A stretch of 64,000 nucleotides of DNA, taken from Eledone cirrhosa (Eukaryota). The stretch covers positions 14,012,001 through 14,076,000 of the forward strand of contig OZ024743.1 in the NCBI GenBank assembly GCA_964016885.1, written 5' to 3'. Positions 25,900 through 37,948 of the stretch are shown here, piece by piece (position 1 is the stretch's first letter; each line of letters opens with the position of its first letter). A program made the translations under genes and the position numbers. Under the pieces are notes generated by a model. It was not told the DNA's origin. It saw only the letters and a list, made by a program, of their open reading frames with translations, and ran no database searches.

Positions 25900-28800
25900 A
25901 GTTGCATTTATCTTGCTTTATGTTCATACGAGTTATCACCAAGTCACAACCAGTGACCTCAAGAGACAACAAGGTCCGCCATGTTCAAGAAAGAACATAC
26001 ATACACACACATGCATCTTTAGGTGTTTAGACTTGTTATGTACTTATATTGACAGAATCTTCCTTAGTATATGAGCAGTTCCCATTAGTACTATCTTTTG
26101 AATTTCTCCTATACGCGGGTTTCCTGGGATTTGCGATACATAATCATTAGACCCCTTAGGTATCATTCCTAGAGCGCCTACAACCACTGATATTGTTCTG
26201 GTTCTCAATATCCACATTATTCCAATTTCTATCTCCAGGTCCTTATACTTGCTCAATTTTTCAAATGTTTTTATAGATATATTCTGGTCTAAGGGAACGG
26301 ACATATCAATTAGCAGGGATACTCTTTTTTAAAGTTCTTCAGTATTATTTCAGGTCTATTTGCATCTATTTTTCGGTCTGTTTGGATGCTAAAGTTCCAC
26401 AAGATTGAGATGTGATATTTTGCTTGTACGGGAGGTGGTTGATGCTCCCACCAATTCTTTTGATGGGGGAGGTCAAAATACTTACACATTATCCAATGTA
26501 TGTATTGTCCAGCTCTGTCGTGCCTGTTTGGGTATTCGGTTGGAGCTATAGGACTGCACATTGAAATTATATGATCAATGGTCTCTGGTTGTTTTTTACA
26601 TACACAGCATAATGGGTTGCATCGACTTTTTATTATGTTGGCTTGATCATTTTTTTGTTGGTAGACACTGCTCTTGTGCTGATATAATTAGTCCTTCAGT
26701 CTCCGATTTCAGTCCAGAGGATTCCAACCACTGATGGGGTAAAGTTTTGTCAACATCAGGATTGTTAACTCTTTCTGGGTATTTTCCATACAGAGGCTTT
26801 TCTTGCCATATCTTAGCCAGTTTCTCTAGCAGTTCTTTCTTTGCAGTTACTTTTACCTGCTTTGCTTTTTCTGTGTTTTTCATTTCAGCAGTAAATGGAA
26901 CTTCTGAAATTTGTAGTCCATTAGTGTATCTTTGTGCATCTTTTGTAATGGAGTTTGATCATTTGATGCTTTCGTATTTCAAAACGAGTTTGTTCATCCA
27001 ATAATGTGATTCCCTTAGTTATGTAGATAATCCAATTGTTGCAGTTTTCAACGTAATATCTAACTGGATTAACCCACGTCCTCCTTCTTTCCTAGCAAGA
27101 TATATTCCATCTGTATCTGCCGTAGGGTGATGCATTCTGTCCATGGTTATAAATTTCCTAATTTTTGTATCGAGCCTACGGATCTCTGTGCTTGACCAGT
27201 TGATGACATTGTAACTGTAGGTTACTACTGGTTTGGCAAGCATGTTTATGGCATCGATCCTATTCTTTGCATTCAATTCCGTTCTTAAGATTGCTCATAC
27301 TCTGCGGTAACATTCCTTCCTTATCCTTTCCCTCATTGTCGAGTACTTCATTCCGTCTCCTTCACAAACACCTAGATATTTGTAAGTTTCCTCTTGATCA
27401 AGTTCTCTTATCACATTCCCCCCGATCAAGATTAATGTCTGACCATTTCAGCAGCTTACCTCTGTTGAACGTTGCTTTGGCGTATTTATCTAGTCTAAAC
27501 TCCATTTTAATGTCATCACTGAACTGCTTCACAGCCCTTGTAATTGTTCATCATTTTTTACAAATAGTTTCAGGTCATGCACGTAGAACAAGTGATTAAT
27601 GGTTTTGTCATAGTCTTTATATCCATGTTTTGTTTCATTGAGAATTTTACTTAATGGTATAAGTGCGATGCAGAATAAAAGCGGTAATAACGACTCCCAA
27701 ATTAAAAAAACTTCCACAATTAATATTAACTTCTCCAGCTTCCAGTGATTTTTTTTCACTATTCAAAAGGAGTGTCGTTTTCCATGTCTTCATACTGAAT
27801 GACAGGAACCTCCAGACAACGGCACGTCTTTTGAAAATCTCTAAATATTTTTCAATCCAACTGTTTGGCAAATTATCGAATGCTTTTTTGTAATCTATCC
27901 AAGTAATTGATAGATTTTTGTGTCTATTATGACAATCTTCCAGTATCATTTTGTTAACCAAAAGCTGATCCTTACAGCCATATGAGCCTCGTTTACACCC
28001 TTTCTGCTCATTGGGAATAGATCATTTGTTATCAGGTGATCATATGTGTATTCAGTTAGGACTGATGTTAAAATGTTATACATTGTGATCAAGCAAGTTA
28101 TCGGTCTGTAATTTTGGGGATTGTTTGTCTCATCATTCTTCGGAAGTAGGAATGTAATGGCTCTAAATAGCCATGATGGTATCTTTTCTGGCTCCACTCT
28201 GTGGATTTCCATTTGCTGGATTTTCTAAGAGCCAAACGCAACTGTTCAACTGTTATATTTTCCCATGTTTGTTCCTGAAGGTGAGTTGTATCTTTCATTT
28301 GTCTGTCCATCAATAGGGCCTGTATATTATAAACTTTTTCTTCAGCCCAGATCTTTTCCCAGAATTCTTGCACTTCCTCCTTGGTTGGTATTGATTTAGC
28401 AGTTTTTGTTGACTTGCCAATTTTTCTGTAAATGTCTCTTTGGTTGTTTTTGAACATATTATTGTCGTTATAGAATCTAGATGGTTTTTCAAAGCGCCTT
28501 ATACGAGCAGCTTTGGCCGACACTTTTTGCTTGATTATTTCTATCAGCATGTCTATGTCACATGTTGATTTCATACTGTATTTTCTTTACAATTTTCTAA
28601 GTTTAGTTTGTTTAACATGTTCACCTACTTTGTAGTTTGTTAAAATTTCTATCTCAGATCGGAGAAGGTTTATCTGCCGATTGATGTTCTCTTGCCAAGT
28701 AGGTTTCTTATGGCAATTCCTTTTTTTTTCATTTTCACTCCACATAAGTGAGTGGTGACTTTAGCCGATGCATAATAGAGATGATTTAGATCAGTAATGT

Positions 28801-29755
28801 TTAGTTTGTTTGTGATGATAATGTTTTTGAGAATTATGTTAGTCTTGTGTATTATCTTTTGGTTCTGTTTGGAGTTCTTGATCTTAGGGATAGTGTCTCG
28901 TTCCCCCATGTCAGATTCTTTCATTTTCATCCATTCGATCATAATTTAATTCTTCATGTTGGCAATTTCATTCTCATTAATTTCGTTATCATTTACGATC
29001 TCATTGTTTTCATTTTGAATTTCATCTTGAGCATGCACTCCCTCCACTTTTTCGATCATTTCTTTAATTTATTCTGCTGTCAGTGATTCCGCCCCAACGC
29101 TGGGATTCGAAGTGTTACAATTTACCTCGGTTTTGCTGACACATGTTTCATTTTCCCTTCGCTGACTTTGTGCTAATTGCTTGATCTGATCAATTTCTAT
29201 ATCAGTTAGAAACTTTTTTTAACAATAATTCTTCGTATATTGGCTAGTTTGTTACTGTCAATATAGCCTCTGTTTTCGGGATGTTTCTTTTTCCCGTCTG
29301 TTCTGTATTCGATCTATTTGATGGGTAGTACATGGCAGTGTAGAAAGCCTCAAGGAGTTCTTTATTGTCTTCCTTAGAGCATTTTTCTCTGTTTTTCTTT
29401 GGATTTCTTGGTGGTGAGCATGGAAGGCCAAGAGTAGGAGTATTCCGGTTATGGGAGATCTCCAGCTCCGAATTGATGGGAAGGTTTGAGCCATTAGCTG
29501 ATTGCTCGACCCCAGTCTGGTTCCTCTCTGAGGAACGCGGCCCTTTTTTACCCGGGTGACGGCCGATCTGGTATGAAATTTTATCATTTGACATTGACTT
29601 TATTTTGTTGCGTTTTATCCTTAACCGCCAAGAGGTAATTATTTCGTGTTACCACTCCTTGGACGAGTGTCAACCAAGATTAGAGGGGTCATCCTCCCTA
29701 GAGACACGGCTATTCCCCGCCGGCCCCCATCCAGTATTACTTGGTCACGGGGTTT
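25899..29755 (-). mobile_element. Decayed, near full-length R4/Dong-type non-LTR retrotransposon (RT + restriction-like endonuclease)
   Basis: Fragmented ORF: [63 protein letters not shown]; 3' (TAA)n; many stops and frameshifts. Confidence 0.88.
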
Positions 29756-30027
29756 TCTTTTTTTTTTGCTTTTTTAAATTGTTATTATCATGAGTGGTTC
29801 CATAATGTGAGCACTACATGGTTTAAGAATGAAATTATTATTAATAATATAATATACTTTTTGTTGAAGTTGCCTATTGTTGTTGTTGGGTATGTCGGTG
29901 GGAGTAGAAGTGCTTTTTCTATTGTTGGTGGGGAAGGGGGTGCCAGCAGTGCCATAGTTGTTGACGTTTGACCGGGTCACTAAGTCAGTCTATTTATATC
30001 TTTATTATTATTATTATTATTATTATT

Positions 30028-31560
30028 GTTCTTTGAGTCTCAGTCATTGATGTTATTTAACTAGAAAGTTTGTTGAGATGAATATCAAGCCACTACCTGC
30101 TGCCTCAGATATTCAGGACGTATAGGAGGTTCTTGCTGTTCCCAGCACGCATGCCTTGTGAAGTGTTCCAAAAAGTGGGGCGGGACCAATTTTCTTTAAC
30201 CATCCTTGGAAAATCTTTGAGATAGTACCTAGTGCGCCTATGACAATCGGGATCACTTTGACTTCATGGCAGTTCCAAATCCTTTTTACCTCCCATTTTA
30301 AGTCGTGGTATCGGTTAATTTTCTCCCTCTCCTTCTCTTGCACTCTTGTGTCGAATGGGCAGGCTACATCCACAATCAGGCACGATATTTTTTCCTTGTC
30401 TAAAACCACCAGGTCAGGTCTATTGTGTTCCAGTTTCTTGTCCGTCTGTATCCCAAAATCCCACACCACCTTCACCTGATCGTTTTCTATCACCGACTCT
30501 GGCCTATGCTCATACCACGTCTCAGAATGTGGTAAATTGTTTACTTTGCATAGGTGCCAGTGAATCACCCTGCCCATCACATCATGCCTCCAGTCATTAT
30601 AGTGAGTCTGGGCTAGGTGTTTACACTCGGATACAATGTGTGCCACAGTCTCCTCTCTCTCTCCACAGATGCTACAAAGAGGGCTAGCCTCCTCCTTGTA
30701 AATATGGTGTTTCAGCCACTTCGTTTTGAGGGCCTGCTCTTGCGCAGCCATTAGCATTCCTTCTGTAGCCTTTTTAGTGTCTCCTCTTTTTAACCAGTTC
30801 CATGTCTGTGGATCTCTGAATTCAGTTTTCTCAAAGAAGGTACTATGAAGGGATTTTTCATGAAGGTTGCTCTTTGTCTTTGTTGTTATTTCCCCGTTGG
30901 ACATCCCCTGGTCTATTGTCCACTCCTTCAGTACAATTCTGAGCATTGGCTCCCTACTATCAGTCACGAATTTGTGTAGGTTGTTTTTCTCCATACGAAC
31001 ATAGTCCTCTATGCTGATAAGACCTCTTCCACCTTCAGATCTCCTTAAGTAAAGTCTCTCGACATCACTCCTCTTGTGGAACATGTTGTAGATAGTCAAT
31101 AGCTTACTAGTCTTCCTATCCAATTCTTTTTGTTCAGCAACATTCCATCTCAGAATTCCCGCACTGTACCTAATAACAGACACAGCTCGGGAATTTACTG
31201 CACTTATGGCTTCCTACTGTTCAGATGTCATTTTAATTCACTCCTTACTCTCCGAATGTATTCAGATCTTATCAATTCCTTCATTTTTTTTTTGTTCTTT
31301 ATGTCATCAGCCTCCTGAACACCTAAATATTTGTATCCTTCTTCAGTGTCAATTTCCTTTATCATCTCACCTGTTGGTACCTGGATTCCGTTGCTTCTGC
31401 TCAATTTACCCCACTTCATCACAAAGAGTCCACACTTACTAATACCAAATTGCATACATATATCATTTGTGAAAATACGGACAGTGTCAACAAGCACATC
31501 CAACTCCTTCTCACTCTTCCTGAAGAGCTTAAGATCATCCATGAATAGAAGGTGATTGAT
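30028..31560 (-). mobile_element. 5'-truncated R4/Dong-type element (second, divergent family)
   Basis: NHLLFMDDLKLF, YKYLG, EGGRGL, CSIC..ETVAHIVSEC, RHD, HNRPDLVV, DVACP..EKINRY; (TAA)n at the 3' end (30003-30027) and TAA-like repeats at the 5' junction. Confidence 0.9.
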
Positions 31561-31610
31561 TATTATTACTATTATTATAATTAAATGATAAATATTATAA
31601 TAATAAAGAA

Positions 31611-31642
<32 letters not shown>

Positions 31643-31720
31643 AAATAAATCAATAAATCAATAAATAATAAAGAAATAAAGAAATCATTATTATTATTAT
31701 TATCATCGTTATTATTATTA

Positions 31721-31905
31721 GTGATGGATTGGCAGTATCGGTAGAGGGACACCTTGCTCTGCAGCAATGGCTTACAGCCTTTATGGTCTGAGTTCAAATC
31801 CCGCCAAGGTTAACTTTGCCTTTCATCCCTACGGTGTCGATGAAATAAAGTACCAATAATACACTGGGATAATTTCTGGCCTTGTGCCAAAAGTAGAAAC
31901 AATTA
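31721..31905 (+). mobile_element. tRNA-derived SINE with a Deu/Nin-like central domain
   Basis: A-box-like TGGCAGTATCGG, B-box GAGTTCAAATCC, then GCCTTTCATCC...GTCGATGAAATAAAGTACCA; further copies in the window. Confidence 0.8.
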
Positions 31906-31984
31906 TCAGTAGTGGTGGTGGTAGTAGTAGTAGTATTCGTGTTGTGTTTGTTGTTTTTGTTGCTTTTATTTGGAACGTCCCGAA

Positions 31985-32222
31985 GCCCTCAGTCAATCGG
32001 GCAGTGTGAATGGGGGAACGCCATCTTAGCTTTCTATAGAGGTTTGGAAGCTGGTAAAAGCGACGAGGTTCTTGGGAAAAACCTAGGGGATCGACGATAA
32101 TCAACTAGCTACCATTTGGCAGAGAAGTTTCAGTCCAGAACCCATGGATAACATTCAGATATCTCTGGCCTGGAAGTGTTTCAAAGGAGTATTCCCAGTT
32201 TGAGATGAACTCAACACGCATG
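31985..32222 (+). pseudogene. Old diverged fragment of the Tx1-type ORF2
   Basis: Aligns by eye with 24905-25140 (caatcgggc..., ttctatagagg..., aatcaactagc, atggataac...tctctggcctgg). Confidence 0.8.
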
Positions 32223-33159
32223 CTGCCTTATATTTGAATTAAGATTCTTGTTATTACCGCGATTTTCATTCTGAATAAAGTGTATATAAGCATTTAAAAA
32301 TATATACTTTGCATTTTAGTATTGGTAGACTCTGCCACTATTTCTCCTTCTCTTGTGTTAGTTTGTTTAAACGTACATAAATATATTCGTATTATTCCTG
32401 TTTTGATTCTCCTCAAATCTTCTGATAGTTTACAAATGTGTCTGTGGTAATATTATAGCTGTTATGAATGTTATCTACATATGAATTGACGTTTATATTC
32501 TATATGTTACAAAACAATATTTGAGAAGATAAATATGTTAAGATGAAATGAGAAAATATTTATTTGTAAGGCTGAAAACTTACATTGGAGATCTCAATCA
32601 TTTAGAAATTATATTAGAAGATCATAGGGTAAATTTTGCTCTCTGGAGGGTACGCAGCCGAATATACAAAATCTAATATAACTGAAAGACTGCTACAAGA
32701 AGAATATGGACAAATACTAATGCATTGAAGATTAGAATTTCATGAATATATAATCATATTTTGAACTGTACACAAGAAGAAAAAAAAAAAAAACAAGAGC
32801 AAAAACAAGATAACGTATGATAAATGAGACAAACAGAGAAACAAATTAAATAGAGAAATGCAATAAATATATTATATATAGGAGTTAGATGGATCCTCCG
32901 TCGATTTCCATGAATTGTATTCCAGTTCTTCTGTCGACAAAAATACACACATCACAAATTACTGAGTTTGTGCCTGCGTATTCCGTGAAGACTGGTACAT
33001 TTAACTGCCCAGACGAGATCAAATCTACATATTGATTAGCAGAAATAAAGAAGCATATAATATAGTTGGGGGAATGTTGAGTACCACATAACCACCGTTG
33101 GAATTAATGTAATTATCCAGCAGGATCTCTCTCACACAGTCATTTCTTTCCTTCTCTCA

Positions 33160-33210
33160 CTCTCTCATTTTCTCTCTCTCTTTCCCTCTCTCTCTCTCCC
33201 CCTCTCCCTC

Positions 33211-33280
<70 letters not shown>
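33160..33280. repeat. (CT)n microsatellite
   Basis: Seen directly. Confidence 0.95.
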
Positions 33281-33283
<3 letters not shown>

Positions 33284-33299
33284 ATATATATCTATATAT

Positions 33300-33541
33300 T
33301 CCGCAGTTTATTATTCGTATTAGAGCATCACACTTATATCGCAGCTACCCAGCGTGCTGACCGGGAGAAGAAAGAACGGATATTTGTCTTTATTTGTTGA
33401 CAGGTGGTATACACTGTCTCAACCAATATTGCGGGAGACCCCTTCAAATAAAGATCAAGCTGGAGGTGGTGGATATACGGCCAAGATATAGGGTAGCTAC
33501 GATATAAGTGTGGTGCTCGACTACGAATAAGAAACTACGGA
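33300..33541. repeat. Imperfect ~50 bp inverted repeat with a ~140 bp spacer
   Basis: tccgcagttt...cacacttatatcgcagctaccc vs gggtagctacgatataagtgtg...aaactacgga. Confidence 0.8.
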
Positions 33542-33849
33542 CCAACAGCGGTAAATTGTTAGTGTATAAAGAGCAATATAGTTTCCAAGAAAACTATGAC
33601 AATCCAGTTTTGTATATACCACGTAACGAGTAAAGGCTGTCGCCAAAATGTTCGTGTCTTCGTCGGAATGAGAAATGTATGAAATTGTTGACTGGCGTGA
33701 ATAAGACCACCACAACACTGCAATAATATCAGAAACAGTACAGACATCGTCGTTTATTGCATCGTCGTTTATTGAGGGATAATAAGATATGCTTTCAGGC
33801 TTGTGTTACAAATACGTTTTAGTCTCCATGCACCACTGCGAGAGATGTC

Positions 33850-34940
33850 GATGGGCATGCCACATGTCTTTGGAGGCGTAATCTGGAATCACAAATGATA
33901 CGTATTCAGCGAATTCAAATAGGGGCCGGAAAGAACCAAGACTTCACAATCCGTAATTGGAACATTACAACCGTTGCAGGGAAGGCGCAGGAACCAGCGA
34001 AAAAAAAAAAGAGACGCTATCAAATAGCTCTGGTATTTCATATTTGGATCGTTGATGGAGATTCCACTATTCATGTGTGGCGCCAGGAAAAACTTCACAC
34101 GCTGAAATGGGGATACTCGCAAGCCCCAGACCGACAGAATATGTTATGAAATGGATCTTATTTTGCGTGAGAATTTAATTCTGGATGATTAAGTTGAAAG
34201 AAAGTTCTTATTTGGTGGTGGAAGTTTCTACGACTAACGGAGAGCTTGAATAGAGATCCATTCTTTTTCTTGCCTTAGTCACTGCAGCGACAGATATATT
34301 CAAGATATAGTCATATATCCTAATTGTATATGGATAATCAGTCACACAAATCAATAAATGATTTGTTATTGTCTCTGATGATTTCGATTAGATGTTCGTT
34401 GAATAGTGGAGCTGAGTAACAGTCAGCTGGAATTTGTGGTCGAGATTATACTACTTAACTCGGCAGAAGGTGATCTCTGATATACACTTGATAGGTTTAA
34501 TGCCGGGTACTGCACGACACGAGTGAAAATCAATGATTGCGCAGTGCACTTCTACATATGAGTGGAGTTCCACGGAAGGAGGTGGAGAGCGTCATGTATC
34601 TCGCGGACATATTCACCCTTGATGGAAGGCATAAGTGGGAATTAAGTGCCAGAACTCCAAATCCTAGTTCAGTAATGTGCCGGCTTCAGCATTCCGTCAT
34701 CAGAAAATGGGAGTTTGGCTTAAAAGCTAAACTCACATCCTTCAATTCCGTATTTGTTCCTAGACTTACCTATAATCATGTATCTCGTATAATGAGTGAA
34801 AGAATAGGATCGCGAATGCAAGCGGTCGAAATGGCGTTCCTGCTATAGATTCTTGGAGAGATGTCACTTGGTTGAGTGCATAGCTCGGAGATCAGAAATT
34901 CCCTCACGGTATAGCGGTTACTTTTCCAAAATGATGGATC
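33850..34940 (+). pseudogene. Heavily decayed, internally deleted RTE-clade (Rex3/Expander-like) LINE
   Basis: WNITTVAGK (APE start) and LKAKLTSFNSVFVPRLTY...SRMQAVEMAFL (post-RT region). Confidence 0.65.
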
Positions 34941-35071
34941 ATAATTTTAATATTTAGGGAATGTGGATAGAATATTTTAGAGTGTATAAAATTTCTATAC
35001 ACTTTGTCTGTGCAAAGAGTGCTTATTTTGGCAGCGCAACCAGTAATTCACTGAATCTCCTATACTACATA

Positions 35072-35162
<91 letters not shown>

Positions 35163-35936
35163 ATGTGTGTGTGTGTGTGACTGCGCTTCGTGATTGATCT
35201 GTCCTTTCTCTTCGTTTCACTTCTCTCCTACATTAACTCTCATTTTTTCTAGATGTTGTCCATTAACTTTTTATTTTCATCTTAATGTTCTTTTTCACGT
35301 AATATTTACTAAAAATTCATACGGCCGTAGTTCTTCCAACTTTTTTTCTAATATACATTTAACGGTTTATGATTAGTAAATACAAAAGCACAAAATATAG
35401 AAAACACAAATTCAATTTTGAACATTGTCTACTATATCCCTATCAAATCTAATCGTTTTTATGGCGATTAGTTGACTACATCAGTTAGAAACGATATGTG
35501 CTTTTTCAGATATCGAATCAAATCTGATAGTTCACTTGTCACGACACCAGCGAAAATGAGTGATGACTTGTCAAAAATGATGAAAGTTGTATATTACAAA
35601 ATTGAGAATAGGGAAAATATTTTAAATATAAAAGCTGCGTCGGGAGTGTAAATAAATGATGAAACATTCATGTTTCCAAGAATAGATTAAAAACATACGC
35701 AACGAGGAATTATCCAGTCGTAAGTATTTAATATACAGAGCATTTATATAAATTTATTTTGTTCTTTAACGAGGATGCATTTTAGACGCCGACAATAGCT
35801 GTTAATATTTATCCACTCAATTGAATATGAATGCAAGTGAAATACGTCTGGCAATCTCCGATATATTTGGATAGTTTGTATTATAAACTTCCTAGCTGTT
35901 ATTCAGGAGAAATATATATATATATACACACACACA

Positions 35937-36016
<80 letters not shown>

Positions 36017-36109
36017 TTAAAACAATGAAATAAAAATCAAGTCACTAGAGATATACTTTACTGCATTTCGATCGTTTCTAGATGATGATAATACATTGTA
36101 GCTATACTC

Positions 36110-36295
36110 CGGTATTGGCAGTATCGGTAGAGGCTCGGATGCCATGCTTTCCAGCATAGTTACGTCCCTTTACGATCTGAGTTCAAATCCCGCCGAGGTT
36201 GATTTTGCCTTTCATCCTTACGGGGTAGATAAAATAAAGTACCAGTAATGCACTGGGTAATTGCTGGCCTTGCGCCTAAAGTAGAAACAGTTATT
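36110..36295 (+). mobile_element. tRNA-derived SINE (same family as 31721)
   Basis: TGGCAGTATCGG; GAGTTCAAATCCCGCCGAGG; GCCTTTCATCCTTACGGGG. Confidence 0.8.
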
Positions 36296-36455
36296 GATCT
36301 ATGTAAGGTTAGTTACAAAATATCAGATAAAGAGAATATTTAATTACATGCATATCACCAGCTGTTTTCAAAAGCAACATATATACACACACATATATAT
36401 ATATATATAAATATGTGTGTGTGTGAGAGTGTATACACACAAACACACACACATA

Positions 36456-36530
<75 letters not shown>

Positions 36531-36781
36531 TGGTAGCTAAGATGATTCCATAAGCGGTATGCAGGTTGAGCATGCTATGCTCTACAGAGCAGTGTATGAT
36601 AGAATAGAAAACGAAAAAGTGAGAGAATATGCTCCGAAATCATGAGACGTGTCCCCGAACCTGCGGGTCCAGAATCAGACACATCTACACACATAATGAT
36701 CGGGCCTCGAGCTGTCAGCCGGGGAAACTATTGTAACACACAATAAATCGAGTTCAGATGCATCACTGATTATTCGTTTTC

Positions 36782-36826
<45 letters not shown>

Positions 36827-36864
36827 GGGGGGGGGGGGGGTGAAAGACACTACTCAGCCGATTC

Positions 36865-37085
36865 GTACTTCAGAAAATACTATATATTTTCAACCGTTCA
36901 ACAAACTGGCAGAGGTATGCAGTCTAGATGAAGAGTAATGACCCAGAAACATGTTGAATGTTCCTCAATGCCAGTGTTGAAAAAACATGTGACGATCGGT
37001 CACCGGCACGGCACAGCTTCAACACTGGCCGTTTGTTTACAAACGAATAGAACATCATTCTTAATTTTCGATATAACCCATATGT
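36865..37085 (+). repeat. Dispersed repeat (second copy 42340-42545) with a degenerate hammerhead core
   Basis: Shared gaaaatactatatattttcaaccg...cagaggtat...gatgaag.gtaatgac...gaaa...gtgacgatcggtca. Confidence 0.75.
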
Positions 37086-37125
37086 ACAGATTTATATCTA
37101 TGTATGTATGTATATATATATATAT

Positions 37126-37257
37126 ATAGGAACGAGTAGGACCCCGACGGCTGAGCTCAAGCCGTTTCGACGGCTAATTCTGGACTAACATTTTTTAGTC
37201 CAGAATTAGCCGTCGAAACGGCTTGAGCTCAGCTGTCGGGGTCCAACTCGTTCCTAT
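37126..37257. repeat. Short palindrome with a 3' extension (same family as 50104-51766)
   Basis: ataggaacgag...ctggactaa CATTTT ttagtccag...ctcgttcctat. Confidence 0.92.
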
Positions 37258-37948
37258 TACCCACTCTGCTACCCTACGTATTGAGTACTTGGGTGCGTTA
37301 TGGTCCATCTGGTTCTTTACCACATTTCCTTCATTATATATATATATATATATATATATAAATATATGGGAGGAGGTTATAGTTCACTTGAAGCATTGTG
37401 TAATGAGGTATAAACGTTAGAATATGTGTAATAAGGCCAAGACAATGCAGATATGGACATAGAAAAAAAAGAATGCAATAGTGAAAGATATTGATGAGAA
37501 TTCGTCTTTCACCTTGAATTTATTTAAATGTCCTTAATTTTCGAGATAATATCTCTTCTTCGGAGGGAAGTAAAAGTCTCAGACCAGCGTCTAAATTTCC
37601 AATGAAGCCATGCTGACCGGAAATAGTATAGAGTTCTAACTTTAATATCAAAGAATTAAAATTAGGTGGGTAAAGAGTAGTCTCCCTTTAAGAGGGGTTT
37701 GTTTATGTTTTTGTTGTGTTTTTTTAAATTTTATATGCGTGCCTGTATATGTGTGTGGGAGAAAGCATGAAGGTGTAGGTATGTGGGTGTGTGTGTGTGA
37801 GTGTGGGAAGATAGGTCTAATCGTAAAAGTGGGGGGTAGGTGTTATCTGGTGTTAGAACTGGTTTTGTGTGTGTATGTGTGAGAGAGAATAAGTGGAGGT
37901 GTGCGCGTGCGTGTGTGTGGGGTGTGTAAAGTGGGGCTAGAGGCCCTA

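Noticed and set aside
31721-31905. tRNA gene
   Set aside because: A/B boxes are present, but there is no cloverleaf and it is followed by a repeated SINE body.
32886-33025. Possible minus-strand terminal exon (LISSGQLNVPVF...DGGSI*) after an acceptor-like site
   Set aside because: Short, no recognisable homology and no supporting neighbouring exons.
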